DNA of 64,000 nt from Nageia nagi (Eukaryota; Plantae; Pinophyta), in assembly GCA_050084985.1 (NCBI GenBank), contig JBITNC010000001.1, positions 199,392,001 to 199,456,000 on the forward strand, given 5' to 3'. Positions 1-14,800 of this stretch are shown one piece after another (within the stretch, counting starts at the first letter, position 1; the number at the start of each line of letters is the position of its first letter). A model generated the notes under the pieces. The model saw nothing but the letters and a program-made list of their open reading frames with translations. It was not told the DNA's origin and made no database searches. The translations under genes and the position numbers were made by a program.

Positions 1-369
1 TAATTATTAATGTACCTTAGAATCATGTATTACAAGTGGCCTACGAAATTACAAGTATTATCAACACATAAATACCTATGGCCCATTTATTATATAGAAA
101 TAATAAATAATGACTCATAAAGTCTTATGTTCCATGTTGGATAATATCCAAGTGGAATTACATTAAAATATTCCTAATTAAATATAAATCACTCCCAAAT
201 TAATGAAATATCAATTGCACATCCTTAAAGGCTGGATGTAGCTCTCAAATGAGAGTAAATCATGGATTCCCTTGCATGCACAATCTGAATAAATTGGCTT
301 GATGGGTGAAATTCAAGGTACCATATCTTCCTCATTTATTACTAAACCTAGGTTGTATAACCTATCAAA

Positions 370-548
370 ATAGCTATCTTTGTGAATAAGAAAGAACTTA
401 GTTAGTGTATGTACTCCCATAATTGGAGGAACCACTTTACATTGGTACCAATTTGTGAGATTGTTTATGCTTAGAGTATTGATGTCTGAGAGAGCTTTCA
501 TATAATCTTGGGCATACAGGAATTGGGTATTTAGTCTTAATTCCATCA
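370..548 (+). repeat. Residual 5' LTR of copia element
   Basis: Similarity to the 3' LTR stops at ~370. The sequence upstream (ending ...ACCTATCA at 367) is unrelated and may be the end of another inserted element. Confidence 0.75.
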
Positions 549-550
549 TT

Positions 551-561
551 TGGTATCAAGA
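551..561 (+). promoter_or_regulatory. Primer-binding site (tRNA-iMet type)
   Basis: TGGTATCAAGA 2 nt after the LTR-terminal CA; canonical is TGGTATCAGAGC. Confidence 0.75.
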
Positions 562-3016
562 TCTTGGTGTGAAGGCTCTTCTTCAATATTGTTTTAAAAG
601 TTCATCCTACTCTTTCTTCCATTTTCTTTGGTGAGGTAAAAGGTTTTTGAAGGTATAATCACCAACCCTCTTATTTTTGATTTATTCATTTTTTGATTAT
701 CTCATTATGTTACTAACATTTTTGTTCTTGTAATATATTATTGCTATAATGAATGATACCATCATTTTTTTTAGTTGCTTATTTTTTAATTTACTTACAA
801 GTAGAAATAATATATTATAGTTCTTGATGGAGATAAGTATTTTACAACTTTTTTTACAAAAATGCAAAAAATATTTGTCTCCTAAAAAATGCAATTTGCT
901 TACATGATGACAAAAAATATATAGTTTTTTTTATATTATGCAATTTTTTTTATATGAGATTATTCTTGAATTTGTTTTTGTGATAAACTATTAAAAAAAG
1001 GGGATTTATATTAGCATAATAATTTTCTTAAATATAAGAGGGGACATTAGAAAAATAATAATAAGGTTCATATTTCAAAATATTTGGGGGGGGGGCTATT
1101 TTTTCAAATGATTTTTTTAAATTAAAAAAATTGAAATACAAGGGGGGAGAGGTCGATCGACCCACAACCCCTAACAAATCATCTTTGGGCCACCCATATG
1201 GTGGCCAAGCCTAGCCCATCATGCCACTCAATGGATGCTCCCCATGATGATGCTCATCCTATCATGCTCCCTCCACCTCTGATCTGTAGCATCACCACTA
1301 CTCCAAGACATGCCCCCCCACCCATTGTATGGAACCCAACATGCAGCTTAGGGTCACCTCTTTACTTCCTATGGCTCAAGGCCATCTCTCTCACCATAGC
1401 TTGTGCAAACTTATTATGTTCCCCTCAACTACCTCTTCACTTCCCATATCTTTGATACCTCCTCTCTCACAATGGCCTATGCATACATATTGTAATCTCC
1501 TTAGTTTCCTCTTCACTTCCCTTCACTCAGGGTTGCCTCTCTCACCATGATCTAACAAAATATTTTATGGTCTCCTTAGTCACCTCTACTCTCCTTGTAA
1601 CCTATGTGAAGCAACCTCTTCTCTTCCCATTGATTGGTACTACCTCTTGCAAAATGTAACTTATCCACCTCTCTCATTGCATTAAGCTACCCCTTCTCCA
1701 AACCTTCTCCCCACTTCACCCCTTCTCCTCTTAAATTTTAAAATTGGAAGTTTTTTAATTTTACTTTTTAAGGAGAGTATTTAATTTTTAAATTTGAAAA
1801 GGATAGTGTATTTTTTATAACACTTAAATAAATTATGATTTATTTTACTAAGGTATAAGTGAGTGGGAGGTAATATTTTCTCTAAGTGTTAAAAAGGGGG
1901 AATATGCTTTTGCTTCTTACTCTCCCTTATTGCTAAATTTTTTAAGGAAAAATTGTAATTTTTTTTTACCTAAGTACCTTTAATATTGAAAAGGGATGAA
2001 TAATTTCTTGGGTAAAAATGTGGTAATATTTATTTTTTCTTAAGTGGTAAAATTGTAAATGACAAATTTTACATTATTGGTGAAAGTTTTTTAAGGTTCA
2101 AGGTTCAAAATTTCTTTAATAAAAGTGGGTAGATTTTTTACTTATGCAAAATTATGGAACTAATTTAAAGAGGTCCTTTTTTTTGAGTTTATGACAAAAC
2201 CCATTGGACACTCTAAAATAGGTTTCAAAATTGTATGATGTCAAATTTCTTTGAGCACTTTACATTATTGTTTTGCAAAATTGCAAACATTGAAAGTGCA
2301 CTCCCTAAAATGAATACATCAGCATGTTTATTTTATAATATGACTTGTTTAGGGAGCCATAAGGGGAGGACAAGGTAGACTAAGCCTTTAGTATGACAAT
2401 ACAAATGGTGTGAATTTTGTACTTTTTAATTGCCCATAATTCCTTTATTGATCTATACATAACTCCATATAGGTGGAAAGGTATATCTGTAGTGATACCA
2501 CATGTCTGCATGTCCATTCAAGGATTATCTTGATAACCTATAAAGACAACTTGAAACCTAATAAAGATAATAATTTGATTGATCCAACATATGTCACACC
2601 TTTGAAAAATAGTTAGCACTCCTCCTTGTGAGAGTATATTACTAACCAAGGGGATCTGGTTGAGGATTAGTAACACTTGAGCTCCTTGCATGCATCCAAG
2701 TGAAGACCTAATTTAAAACAAGAAAACAAGCCTCAACTTTAACCTATTTACAAATATATTGCTTGGTTATAACAAATTTTGGATGTATGGAATATATCAT
2801 GTGATTCTATTATAAACCTTTTGCACATGTGAAATTTGTTAAACAATTAAAGTATAAATTTTTTATTATCCTTGGTCAAAATTTATCATGTATGATTAAT
2901 TACTTCAATATGTATGGTTGATTAATGTGAAAAAACTCAACATATATAGTAATTAATTTTGATTCATAAATTTAAAATGCTTACATTAGTTAACACTTTC
3001 ACCTTTTTTGTAGCAA

Positions 3017-6000
3017 ATGGGAGACACCTTCTTACCCAACACATCCTTGATGGTTCTAGTATGGTATTTGGGAACCTTAGATGAAATATGAACTATAGGA
3101 AAGGAAATTAGGATATAAAATTAATTAAAACCTAGTTCCTCCTACATAAGATAAGGCACTTGAGGTTTACAACTCAAAGAATGAGTTAGAAACCTCTATG
3201 ATTTTTTGTGTAGTGTCAAACAAAGTGTTCCTTCTGATCTCTTCATCAACCTCCAAAAAGGAAGCTTGGGTAGGCTAGAGAAAATCTACTTAGGGTCCAA
3301 ATTTTTGAGAAGGTTCACCATTCTTAAAAATTTGATTCAATCTCATCAAGGTAAAGATGAAAATATTTCAATCTATTTAAATAATATTATTGACCTTAGG
3401 ACCCAACTTGTTGGTTGCATATGCAACTAGATCAACAATGAGTTCATGGTCTTCATCATTATTTAAATCATTTCTTTAAATTTTAGTAATTTTTTGATAG
3501 TTATTAATACTATGCTTGATGATGAAGAAATATTATTCTCTATCAAGAATCTTTCAAGGCTCTTTCTAAAGTATGAGAAAACTCTTAATAAAAAGGTGTT
3601 GATATTTTTTCTAAAGGATAACAATGCTACTATAGGAGCAACTAAAATGCCTTTCAATAATAAGTTCAAGCATCAAAATAAGTCTTTTCCTACTACCTCC
3701 AATAAGTTTGAAAAGAATAAAAATAACAATAACTACAAATAAATAGATGGAAAGGGCAAGTCAAGCCAACCAAATCTCAAGGTAAAACTCAATGCTAATC
3801 GTAACTTTTTTAGTGGTTATGGTTACAAAGAATTTAATTATTTCAAGAAGAAAAAAATAAAAGAAATCAAAATGTGAAAAACTTAAAAAGGAATAAAAAT
3901 TTTTAATTTGAATTTATTTATGGTATTTACTCCATGTCTCATATTTTTTTGATTCATTAGATTGTTGACTCTAGATGCACTAATCACATGTGCTTTGAAA
4001 AAGATAAGTTTGAAGCTTTTCATAAGTATAAAAAGGATGCAGTTGTGATAGGTGATAATTCAATCCTTGAATTATAAGGTATTGGGAGTGTGATGATTGA
4101 TATAAAGGTTCTTTAATATGTGCTCTATGTTCCTAAGATAATTATGAACCTACTTTTCTTAATTCAAGTTTCAAGGAAAGGATACTCATTCTAGTTCAAC
4201 TCACACTCCTAGTGCATTAAGAAGGTGTTTACCACATTGGTGAAAGGACCAATGAAAGATGGTCTCTACATTATAGATCAAGTTATAAAAAAGATGTGTC
4301 TTGCTATGAATGTTTGTTCTATGGGTAATCTTTAGCACTAAGGTTTAAGGTACCTTTACTATAAAAGTATTCAAGCCATGAAAGACTAATAACTTATGGA
4401 AGGCTTTTGTTCAATATCACTCACAATTGGTATATGTGAAAAGCACATCTTAAACAAGATGAATAGACAAATATTTAAAAAATATAAGGTAATAATAGAA
4501 ATACAATCTCTTCATATTATGCATTCAAATTTTATGGGTCCATTTCAAACTAATTATCTTAGAGGATTTTCTTATGTATTGAACTTTATCGATGACTTCA
4601 ATAGGATAACATTTGGATATCTACTTGATCACAAGGATCAAACCTTTAACACATTAAAATATTTTAAGGCCTTAGTTGAAATTTAAATAGATCTTAAAAT
4701 CAAGATGTTGAGATTAGATGATGGAGGTGAGTATAAAAATAATGAATTTAATTACTATTATACCAAATATGAGATCAAGAAGCAGTTTATGATTCCTTAC
4801 ACCCCTCATAAAAATGATGTTACCAAAAGGAAAAATAGGATAATTAAAAAATATGGCTAGATGCATGTTGGAAAATCCTTCTAATTTCTTGTGGGGTAAA
4901 GCTATGAGCACTATACTCTACACCATGAATAGGTATCCCATAAAATTCATTGAAAGAAACATTTACTTTGAGACATGGACATGAAAGAAACTTACCATCT
5001 CTCACTTTAGGGTCGTGAAGCCTTATCCTACATTATTTTTGAGAAATGAAATATCTAAAAAAGAAATTTAAAAAATACATCTTTATGGGATATGACAATC
5101 AACATAGAGGCTATAGCCTCTACACTCCATCCTACAAAGAAGAGTTTATTTTGAGAGATGTAAAGTTTAATGAACTAATTCCTAATGAATTTGCTTCTAA
5201 TGAGGATGTTGATAATATATATGACTCTTTAGTTGTACCTAACTCCTTAGATATCAATGTAGCTAAGTCATCTCAAGAGAAACATTCTCAAACATAGAGG
5301 ATAATAAGAAATATAACCTTAAACAAATCCTTATTTTCTAAAATTGAAAGTAAAAATGAGCCCTCACAATTCAAGAAAGCTTTAAAGAATGAGTTATTGA
5401 TGGAAGCCATGAAAGTGGAGTATGAGGTGCTTATAAAAAATGAAATTTGGGACTTAGTTCCTTATCCCAATGAGAGGAATGTTGTTGGCAATAAGTTTAT
5501 TTATAAAGTTAAGTACAATTAAATTGGGGATATTTAGAAATATAAGACAAGGTTAGTGTTCAAAGGTTTTGGTTAGAAATACAAAGTTGATTATGAAAAA
5601 ACCTTTGCTCCCATGGAATATATGCCAACTATTAGGATAAGCCTTTCTCTTTTAGTAAATTAGGGTTGGAAAGTGTTTCAACTTGATGTAAAAAGTGTAT
5701 TTCTCAATAGTGAGTTAGATATGGAGATCTATATGAATCAAGAAGGATTTATTGTGGAAGGAAAAGAGTTTTTGTATGCAAGCTAAAGAAGTCATTATAT
5801 GAACTTAAGAAAGCACTCAAATATTGATACAAAAATATTTTAGGTTATTTTGAGGATATTGGGTTTTCTAAGTGCTTCAATTTGAATCTATATGTGCTCA
5901 ATCAGGTACAAGACTTGGTCTTGATTCTCCTTTACATGGATGATCTTCTGATAACTAGGAATAATGATGAAATTATCTAAGAGTGCATATCTAAACTTAA

Positions 6001-6890
6001 GGCAACTTATGAAATGATTGATTTTGGCCTCTTGCACTACTATCTTGGTATGCAAGTGTACTAATATAGATTTATTATACTTACCTTGGTTGATCCAATT
6101 ATATCTCCAACATTTTATAGAAGTTTAAAATGGAGTATTCCAAACTTGTTGCAATCCTAATCTCTCCTAGAATCACTTTGAATCTTAGCTCCAACTCTCA
6201 ACTAGTAGATACTACTTCTTATAGGTAATTAATTGGTAGTATTATGTATTTGACTATCTACATGACATATATTGCCTTGTAGTAAATACGATGGCATGAT
6301 TTATTCAAAAACTATATGTTGAGCACCTCAATGTTGTTAAGCAAATCTTAAGTTATGTTATAGGAATGAAGGATCTTGCTCTCAAGTATTCTAAGTTTTT
6401 TCCATTTATTCTCTCAAGGTTCTTAGATTTTGACTATGGGGAAGATAAAGATGATAAGAAATCAACCTCCACATATGTATTTAACATTAGTTCAAGTGCT
6501 ATTTCTGAGGCTTTTAAGAAGCAACCTATTATTTTTTTTCCACCATAGAATCTAAATACCTAGCTATATTTGTTGTGGCCTAAAAATCTATTTGGATTAA
6601 GCATCTTCCAAAAGAAATTGGATATGAGCAAGCTCACTCATATTAGATTTCTTCAAATAATCAATTGGTTATTTCTTTAGCTAAGAATCTTGTTTTGTAT
6701 CATAGAATAAAACATGTTAAAATCCAAGCACACTTCATCAAGGAGAATGTTTTGGATGGAATTATACACTTATAGTAGTTTCCATCCACCCTAAACTCTG
6801 TTGATTTTTTCACTACACCCTTTCTTGAAGCTCAATTTTACAATTTCAAGGATTCTATTGAGTTAGTGAAGTTTTCCTCAAGGGGGAGTT
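3017..6890 (+). pseudogene. Copia gag-pol polyprotein, multiply disrupted
   Basis: Protease (W)IVDSRCTNHM at ~3958-3990. Integrase HSNFMGPF/FIDDFNRITF/YTPHKND (4396-4900) and YIFMGY..RGYSLY..RDVKFNE (5046-5297). RT VDYEKTFAP, LDVKSVFL and LYMDDLLI (~5590-5955). RNase H DDKKSTSTYVF and KHV (6450-6720). Confidence 0.9.
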
Positions 6891-7059
6891 AAGTTTGAAT
6901 TCTTATGTTGAATTCATATTTGTGATGACAACTTCACCCCTAGAAGGATTCTTGAGTTGTATAGTGTTGATCTATGTGTGTACCTTTTGGCTAGTTCTCC
7001 TTAAGTGATGAACTATTTATACACCTTGAGAATATGATTGATCATTATTAGTACTATTT

Positions 7060-7200
7060 AGTTATCCATGTGGGAGGAACTTATATGTGCATATTATGGA
7101 TATTATTTGCACTATTTAATTATTCATATGTGAGGAGTCTATATGTGTCTTTTTGCATTGTTCAGTTATCCATGTGTGAGAAAATTATATGTGCATTTTG
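7060..7200. repeat. Short tandem repeat (~55-bp unit, ~3 copies) in copia 3' UTR
   Basis: TTAT(C/T)CAT(G/A)TG(G/T)GAG..(C/A)TTATATGTG recurs at ~7062, ~7121 and ~7166. Confidence 0.55.
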
Positions 7201-7689
7201 TTATGCTCTATTTATGATAATAATCAACACATATTTTGTATTCAAGTGACTATGAGTGTTTTCTTAGCATCTTCCTGATGAATTATAGTGCACCATTGAT
7301 CAATTTATGGATGATGTTACTTGATTTATTTATTCTTATTAATATGAATGTGTATATGATGCATCTAGCTGATCTTATTTTTTGAGCTACCTGTAGCTTG
7401 CAAGTTTCTTCTTGAGATTGCAAGTTACTTACTTTAGGTATGCAAGCTCATAGAGGCTTATCATGTCAACATTTGGTTGGATGAATACTTTATGTACATT
7501 AAAATTAGTTATGGTTAATGATTGTATTATAAACCATTTTTTAAAATGGTAAAGTAGTGATTCTCAAACAAATATCTTGCTTACTTCTCAAATATGTAAA
7601 ATTTTTCATCTTTGATTGTATCTTTATGGAGGAGAACTCTCTTTCTTCTCTGTTCTTCACTCTATCCCAATATTGCATTAAGAGGGATT

Positions 7690-8179
7690 TTTAGAATGTA
7701 TAATACATTATTGTAAAGTTATTCTTGTAAATTCAACAATACTTAAAGCTATCCCTAGATACCTTAAGTATTTAAGTAAATATGATAATGTAACTTATCC
7801 TACACTCCTTCTCATGAGCATTCCCCTTAGGTAAAAGGATGAAGTATATCATATGATCATACAATGTTTAAAAGGGTAATCCAAGGGAGGATTTTTGGCC
7901 TATAAATAAAAGGCCCTCTCCTTGATATTATACATCAAAAATTTGAACAAAAGTTATGCTCTAGTATTAGTGTTAGGAGAGAAAGAAAGACATTTTGTAA
8001 GACAATTATCTTTATGAATGAGAAAGATCTTAGTTAGTGGATGTACTCCTATGGTTGGAGGAACCACATTACATTGTTTTCAATTTGTGAGATTATTTAT
8101 GCTTTGAGTATTGATATTTGAGAGAGCTTTCATATATATTAGGAATATAGTAATTGGGTATTTAGTCTTAATTCCATTA
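7690..8179 (+). repeat. 3' LTR of copia element
   Basis: Follows the PPT, contains CCTATAAATA (~7899), and its 3' part matches 370-548. Confidence 0.75.
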
Positions 8180-8859
8180 GTGATGTCCAAAACTTCTTAC
8201 AACAATAATAAAATTTATGGTGTCCAAAAATATTTTGTAGAAAATCTTGTTCATTATTCATTCTAGAATATCCCATGATAATGCCCTAGTGCCAACAAAT
8301 TCTTGTTATGTTTTTCTACACTTAAAATGCTCTTCTCAATGCCCATGAATAGATATGATCACTACATTTGGATTTAGCCTCTAAATTTTCAAATTATGGC
8401 CTCAAAATATGGACATCTACCTTCTAGTAGAAGAATGGTTAGGAGAGATTATTTTCAATTCCTTAAATCCCTTTAAGCTCAAGATTAAGCCTCCCAATAG
8501 CCCAATGACTTATCCTTTGGTACTAATCTTCCCTAATATGCCCAATGAAGCCCTTAGAAGTGCTCAATAGGTCCTCAAGTTCTCCTAATGTCCAACATCC
8601 AACTTCCTCTTCCTCACTTTGAATTTTGAATCTCAATTTTAGTGTGCCCCTCTCCTATTCCAACATTTGGTTTTATAGGACTCGAGAGTGTTCTAATTTT
8701 GACTCTTTACACTTGCATAATGCTTTTTCTCTAAAATTCAAATTCTTAACATAATAATGACACCTTGTTACTCCTATTTTAATTTCCTTACAAATTAAAA
8801 TAAATAATTAAATTCCTTATGAATCCTAAAGTAATTCTAAAATATTTTTGTATTTTTCC

Positions 8860-8891
<32 letters not shown>

Positions 8892-11800
8892 TTTATTTCT
8901 TTCTCCTAAAACCCAAATAAAATATTTTTGTTTCTTTTATCCTTATTCCTCCTACGAAAAATTAAAAATTAAAATTGCAAATTACTCAAACCTAGTTTTT
9001 AATTCCTTCCATGAATTGATCCTTGTATCAAATATTTTAAGCCTATGAATTATGGGCCCAAAAATAAACTATAAGCAAATTTGTATCTTCTTTAAGTTCA
9101 ATGTTCATATACAAATCTAAAATAATGCAAAGTTTATTCTCAAGTTTAGTAGATAGATTAAGCTCACAAACATCCAAGCTTGAATGGATGAAGTTTTGTA
9201 GACCCTCAATAAATTGAGTCTTCTAGATACCCAACGTCTCACTTCCAATTACCAGATTCTAGAAATAGTAGCAAAATTATCCCAACATCCCCAACTAAGC
9301 TTTGATGGTGTAGATACCATAGTGAAATTTAGTCAATATCAATAAATTAACTCTCATTTCCCTTAATGCCCTCCTTGTAGTGATTCAAAACTCTAAAATA
9401 CTCAAAATTCAAGTTAGGATGTCCAATAACCCTACAAAACTATCAAATCTCAAGCTCCATGATGAAATTTTGATAATACCTATAATTTTGGATCATTATG
9501 ATGTAAGCATAACTCAAAATTATCCTTAATAAGCCAACATCTCCTTCCAAATATCTTTAAAATGAATAAAAGTGCCCAAAAAATCCTCTAGAATATAAAC
9601 ATATACCTTAAAATGATTATAAAATGCAAAATGATCCTCAAAATATGACTCAAAATATCATGTTCACCTTAGGATGATCTTGAAATGTAGAGAAAACTCC
9701 AAAGATTACCTCAGTATGTCAACATTGGGCTTTAAGTGACCTTAGAATGTAGAACAATCCTCTAAAAATGCTTTAGTATGCTAATTTACTCCTTAGTATG
9801 GTTCCCATATGCAAATCAAATCTTAGAAATGCCCTCAAAATATCAACATCTAGCTTTAGGTGGACCTAAAATACCAACGTCTAGTTTCATATGACCTCAA
9901 AATGCCAAGCAAGTCTCAAACTTACCCCAGGATGCTTATGTCAACCTCAAAAACCCTCTAAACTTCCTTATGTCAAATCCTTTTAGCCCAAAAATCTCGT
10001 ATTCCTCCTTCAAACTTAGATCAAAAGCAAATAACTTCAAAATTGATAGAAAAAATACAAACTTTTTGAGAATATACCTTAGTCAATTGGATAATTCACT
10101 TGAGAGCCATAAAATTCTATAAATATGCTCAAGATAGCTGAACAACTTACCATAAGATGGGGTTTGGTCCTATAGACTACTAACAACTCACTCCCAATGT
10201 TTAGATCTAGAAAAGTCTTTTCAAAGCTACCACTATTAGCTCAATTCAATTCCACTATGATGCTAGCTCCAAAACTTCCAATAGGATGGTAATATCTCTT
10301 TAGCAACTTCTCCTTACATGATAGAAAAGGTAAAGATATCCTTATCAAGTGTTACCATTATTATACCAACAAAATACCATTGTAAAATGATATCATAATG
10401 ATTTAAAAATATCCTTCAATATAAACTCTCTAACAAGATGAAGAGATCTCGTCAACTCCTTAATAATTCTTATCTAATAATAAGGGAAAGATCTAAACTC
10501 TCAAATCAATTCAAAAACCCTTTATGTGTGATGCCATTCATTCCAACATGATGGAAGAATCAAGGCTCTCATTCCACTATGATGATCCCAAACCAAAAGA
10601 TTGTGCTCAAATGTTCCCTAGGAGAGGTATGTTTGCCTTCTAGCTTCGAAACTATCTGAACAAGCTTAGAATTGCATAAAATATCCAACTTCTAGCCAAA
10701 TTTAGAAAATAAAAATTTAAACATGCAAAAATATATCCAATAACCCAATGTATGATCAAGGAATATCAAATAAATATTTAACTACAAAACTAGCACTCTA
10801 GATCCAACATTATAACTAGGAAGGGAAAATAAAAATTTAATAGTGTAATTATGCTTCCAAATCTAACATCTAGCACAAGAGCATAGTTATAGCAAAAGTA
10901 GCAGGAAAATGTGACTATATTGATATGAGAAGTGCTAAATTGTAATTACATAAAATATATTTTTATCTACCTAAGGATCTTGCACTAGGATTAACTCTAA
11001 TAAGGTTGTTTTGGATGGCTCTAGGGCCTCACCAATTACAAAAATAGCAAGGCCAAGTCCAATACTTCCCTACAACTTTTGTGATGGAACCAATAGTGTT
11101 TCTCTCAAGAATAGATGGAGTAAGCTTGAGGCTATCCTCCTCTCACCTCAAGACCTTAAATGCAGGTTACACTACAAGTGGTGAAGATAGAGCTATCACA
11201 CTCTATTTGATAAATGTAGTTTATAATCATGAATTAGCATCTCATAATGTCCATGATTCCTTATTTTATATGCATGGGTGATCATATTCTTATCTTGCAA
11301 TTGATATGATCAAACAATGGAGATATGTGATCCGTATTCTCATGTTAATAGCATCCAAGATAGAGAGCCTTAGGATAAGTGAGATCGCATCCAATGGCCT
11401 AGAAATGAAATTTCCAAGTAGGGGTGATGTCAATGTGCCTTGGGATAAATCCCATGGGTTCAAATACCCAAAAGGGGTTATGTGGGATCTTGGAATATCC
11501 AATCCTCTAATGTGGTGGTGTATTTTTCTATAAATTCCCAACATCCAAGTGTGGGGGTTGTACAATGCCTCAAGATGCCAAATTCTTATTTTGTAATGCC
11601 ACATCCATGATTGGATCTCTCCTAGATGCCTTGAAGTTTGTTTCATTACATTGGGGCTCCTCTAATTCTAAGAGAAAAGCCCTAATGACAAGAGGACCAT
11701 ATAAATGCCAATATTGCATTCTTCAAGGCTAGAAATATGCAACACATCATTTAGAGAGACTAATATTGCATTTACAATTATAATTGCCTTAGTATCATTA

Positions 11801-14800
11801 ATACATCATTGTTGGTATATTACTTGGGTTGTCATTCTTTTCTCTTGATATATTACTTGATAGCCTTGTATGCTTTTCCCAAATGGTTGATTTAAAGTTT
11901 GGTTAGAAATAAATTTACTTTGTTATATATAAGGTTGATTGGGTGAATTATCCTTTTTATTGATGTATCCTTGACTTTTATATGATGGTTAATTCAAAAC
12001 ATATTGATAAGATTAAGTTTTCCCTTGATCATAAGAAAGTTATTGTTGATAAGATTGGGCTTGAATCACATTTTTATAAGCTTGATTCATAATATTTTGA
12101 GAACCCATTTATTGTAAGTTTCTTTGTGTTAGATTTGGATTTTATTAGTTTGATTGATGGGAAGGATTAAATTGGACAACATTAGAAACTTATGTTGATA
12201 GATATTGATTTAGATATAGGATCTCTAACGGTTTACAATTATGATATAGCTCTAAACCATGTGATATATTTTAATTTTGATTGGATGAAGCTAAGTTTTG
12301 TACAACTGAAGTAATTGCACTACAATGTCTAGCTTATTAAGCATGATGATATGATATAGATCAAAGGTTATTATTGATAGGTTGTGCATTTGATATCACT
12401 TGAAGGATATTTGTTGATGTAAAAGATGTAGGTAGGGATTTTTGTGAAACCATTTGTTGCATTTATTTATTTGAAAATTGAGTTGTTGGAATAATTGGTG
12501 ATGTAGTGATAAATGATAGTTGTGTATCATGATATTATAGAACAAAGTGATGAATCATGTATTGAAGCTACTAAGTTGGTGGCATAATTTAAATTTAGTA
12601 TTGTTAAAGATAAAAGCATGAAAAAAACATAGCCAAATTTTATTTAACCATTTGATAATTCATGAATTTGTTCCCAACATCTTGATGAATATTTTGAAAT
12701 ACCATATGAGGTTTGAATTTACTAGCAAATTGATGATCAAGAGGTCTAGTGAAATGATGATAATGATGAGATGGTGTTGGAGAATAAGGATTTTTGTGGA
12801 GTGGTTGGTCTAGATGGAAGGGGTTTATATTGTTATTAATATTTATCTTTTTATTTGGATATAGTTATGGCTACCATGTTTACATATGGTTCCCTATCAA
12901 ACCTTCTAGGATATATAAGCTTTTAAAGCTAATGTGTGAAAGTAAAGAACAACATATTGATAGATAAAGACAAGAGTGCACTATACAAAATAAATTAAGC
13001 ATATAAACACCAAGCCTATAACATTGTTATAATCTTGTTTAGTGTATGCAAAGGTTAACCCAAACATCTTTGATGATAATAAAGAAATCCTATATACTCA
13101 AAAACCAAATGGTGATAAAGATAAAAATGGTGCTTATCTTACTTTAATTGTTTCTTGTTTGATTGGATTTTACTCTTGATTAATGATGATTTCTTTTATG
13201 ATCAATTTACCTCTTATTATTCTTCTTATAGATGTATTTAGTCAAATGTTTTTGGTTCAAGGCTTAATCTCTAGGGCTATGAATCATTTAAAGAAGGGCT
13301 AATCCCACCTTGGCAATGACCTCCAAGTTTTGATGAGACTATGGGAATGAATTCTACATATCCTGGTTGAAACCTAGGCTAATATGATTAAGATTAAATG
13401 ATAAAATTTGAATGAAAGTGTAACTATATGTATGCAATACTAAAACCTTAATAAGTATATAAGGAACACCCACCTTAGGTATGATGAGTTTTTACTAGTG
13501 CAAGGATAGCAAAGCCTATAAATGCACACAACAACAACTTTAAGCTAGAGAATACAAGGATAGTAATATTTACTTATGTTACCAATTGCAACTCCCATCC
13601 AAGAAGTTTTTTATAGAATCAAAAATATTTTTTATAGGATATGATTCTAATAGACCATCACAAGTATAGTTAGTAGTGCCAACTATCTAGATGGTCAAAT
13701 AACCAACCAACTAGTCATAATGGAACCTAAATAAAAAATTTAAAATATGTTAAGAAAATGTTAAAAATTATGGATCTTATAATAAGGATAAAAATGTGTA
13801 TAGGGAAACCTAACAAAGGAATTTTAACACCTAATATGTATGTTAAAAGTATGATAAATTGTGTAAAAGATAAGATCTTCCCTTAACAAACCAATTATAG
13901 AATTGGTTGGATGATTAGGAATGATTAAATTAATAAGGATTAATCTACAAAATTGATTGTTCTAATTAAACTTAATTAGAAACTAACAGTGATTGAGATG
14001 TCCAAATTTATAGGCCTAATTTTTATCAAGATAATCATAAAACATTATAAAACATGACAAAAATTAGCACTTGAACATGATATAAATAACAAGGAGAAGG
14101 ATAAAAATATTAAGACACTATAATAAGGAAAATATTAGAAAAAAATCCTCAAAACTTTTTGATGCTTCAAGGACCAAGGGATCTCATTATATCACCATTT
14201 TGTGCACCCCTAGAATCTTTTTATAGCAAAATAAGACCTAAATATACATTACATATTATAATGCTAGAGTTTATCTTATTGTTATATGTTTCTATTTGCA
14301 TGGATATCTAAGAAGAACCTTCCAAAATAAATAATATTAATGGGGAACTTCCACCTCCAAATCCTTAGAACCTTTAAAGCAATCTAATGGGTATAAAACC
14401 TAGCTCAAATATTTGGTAAGCCTCCTAATATGTAATTAAATGGATAATAGAAGGATAATACATGACTAAATGGCATGTGATATGCTTGTGCTATGTTAAA
14501 TGATGTATGATGTTAAGAAATAATGTGATATATAATGATAATATTATGATAAATGATAAATATTATTAAAATCCTAAACTAATTTAAGATCTAGCATGAA
14601 CCTAGCCTAGCTATGATGCTACACATAAACAATAATGCAAGAATACTAAAATATGTCATACCAAAAGATATGGGTGCTCTCAATAGCTCTAAACACTCAA
14701 ATATACTTACAAAAGCCTTGAAACATGAAATATGCTAGCAAATAACAATGATATGACAAGATTATACCTCTAATACCCTATAAGATGGTGATAGAATCTT

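Larger units (their letters stand above)
370..8179 (+). mobile_element. Degenerate Ty1/copia LTR retrotransposon (5' LTR partly lost or interrupted)
   Basis: 370-548 aligns with ~8000-8179 (shared ...GAGAGCTTTCATAT...GGGTATTTAGTCTTAATTCCAT(C/T)A end). PBS-like TGGTATCAAGA at 551. Gag-PR-INT-RT-RH remnants at 3017-6890. PPT-like TTAAGAGGGA at ~7679-7688. Confidence 0.9.

Noticed and set aside
1198-1550. Pro/His-rich ORFs
   Set aside because: Low-complexity C-rich leader of the copia element, with no protein motif.
11081-11646. Cluster of short ORFs on both strands
   Set aside because: No domain motifs; lies in decayed LTR-like repeat sequence.
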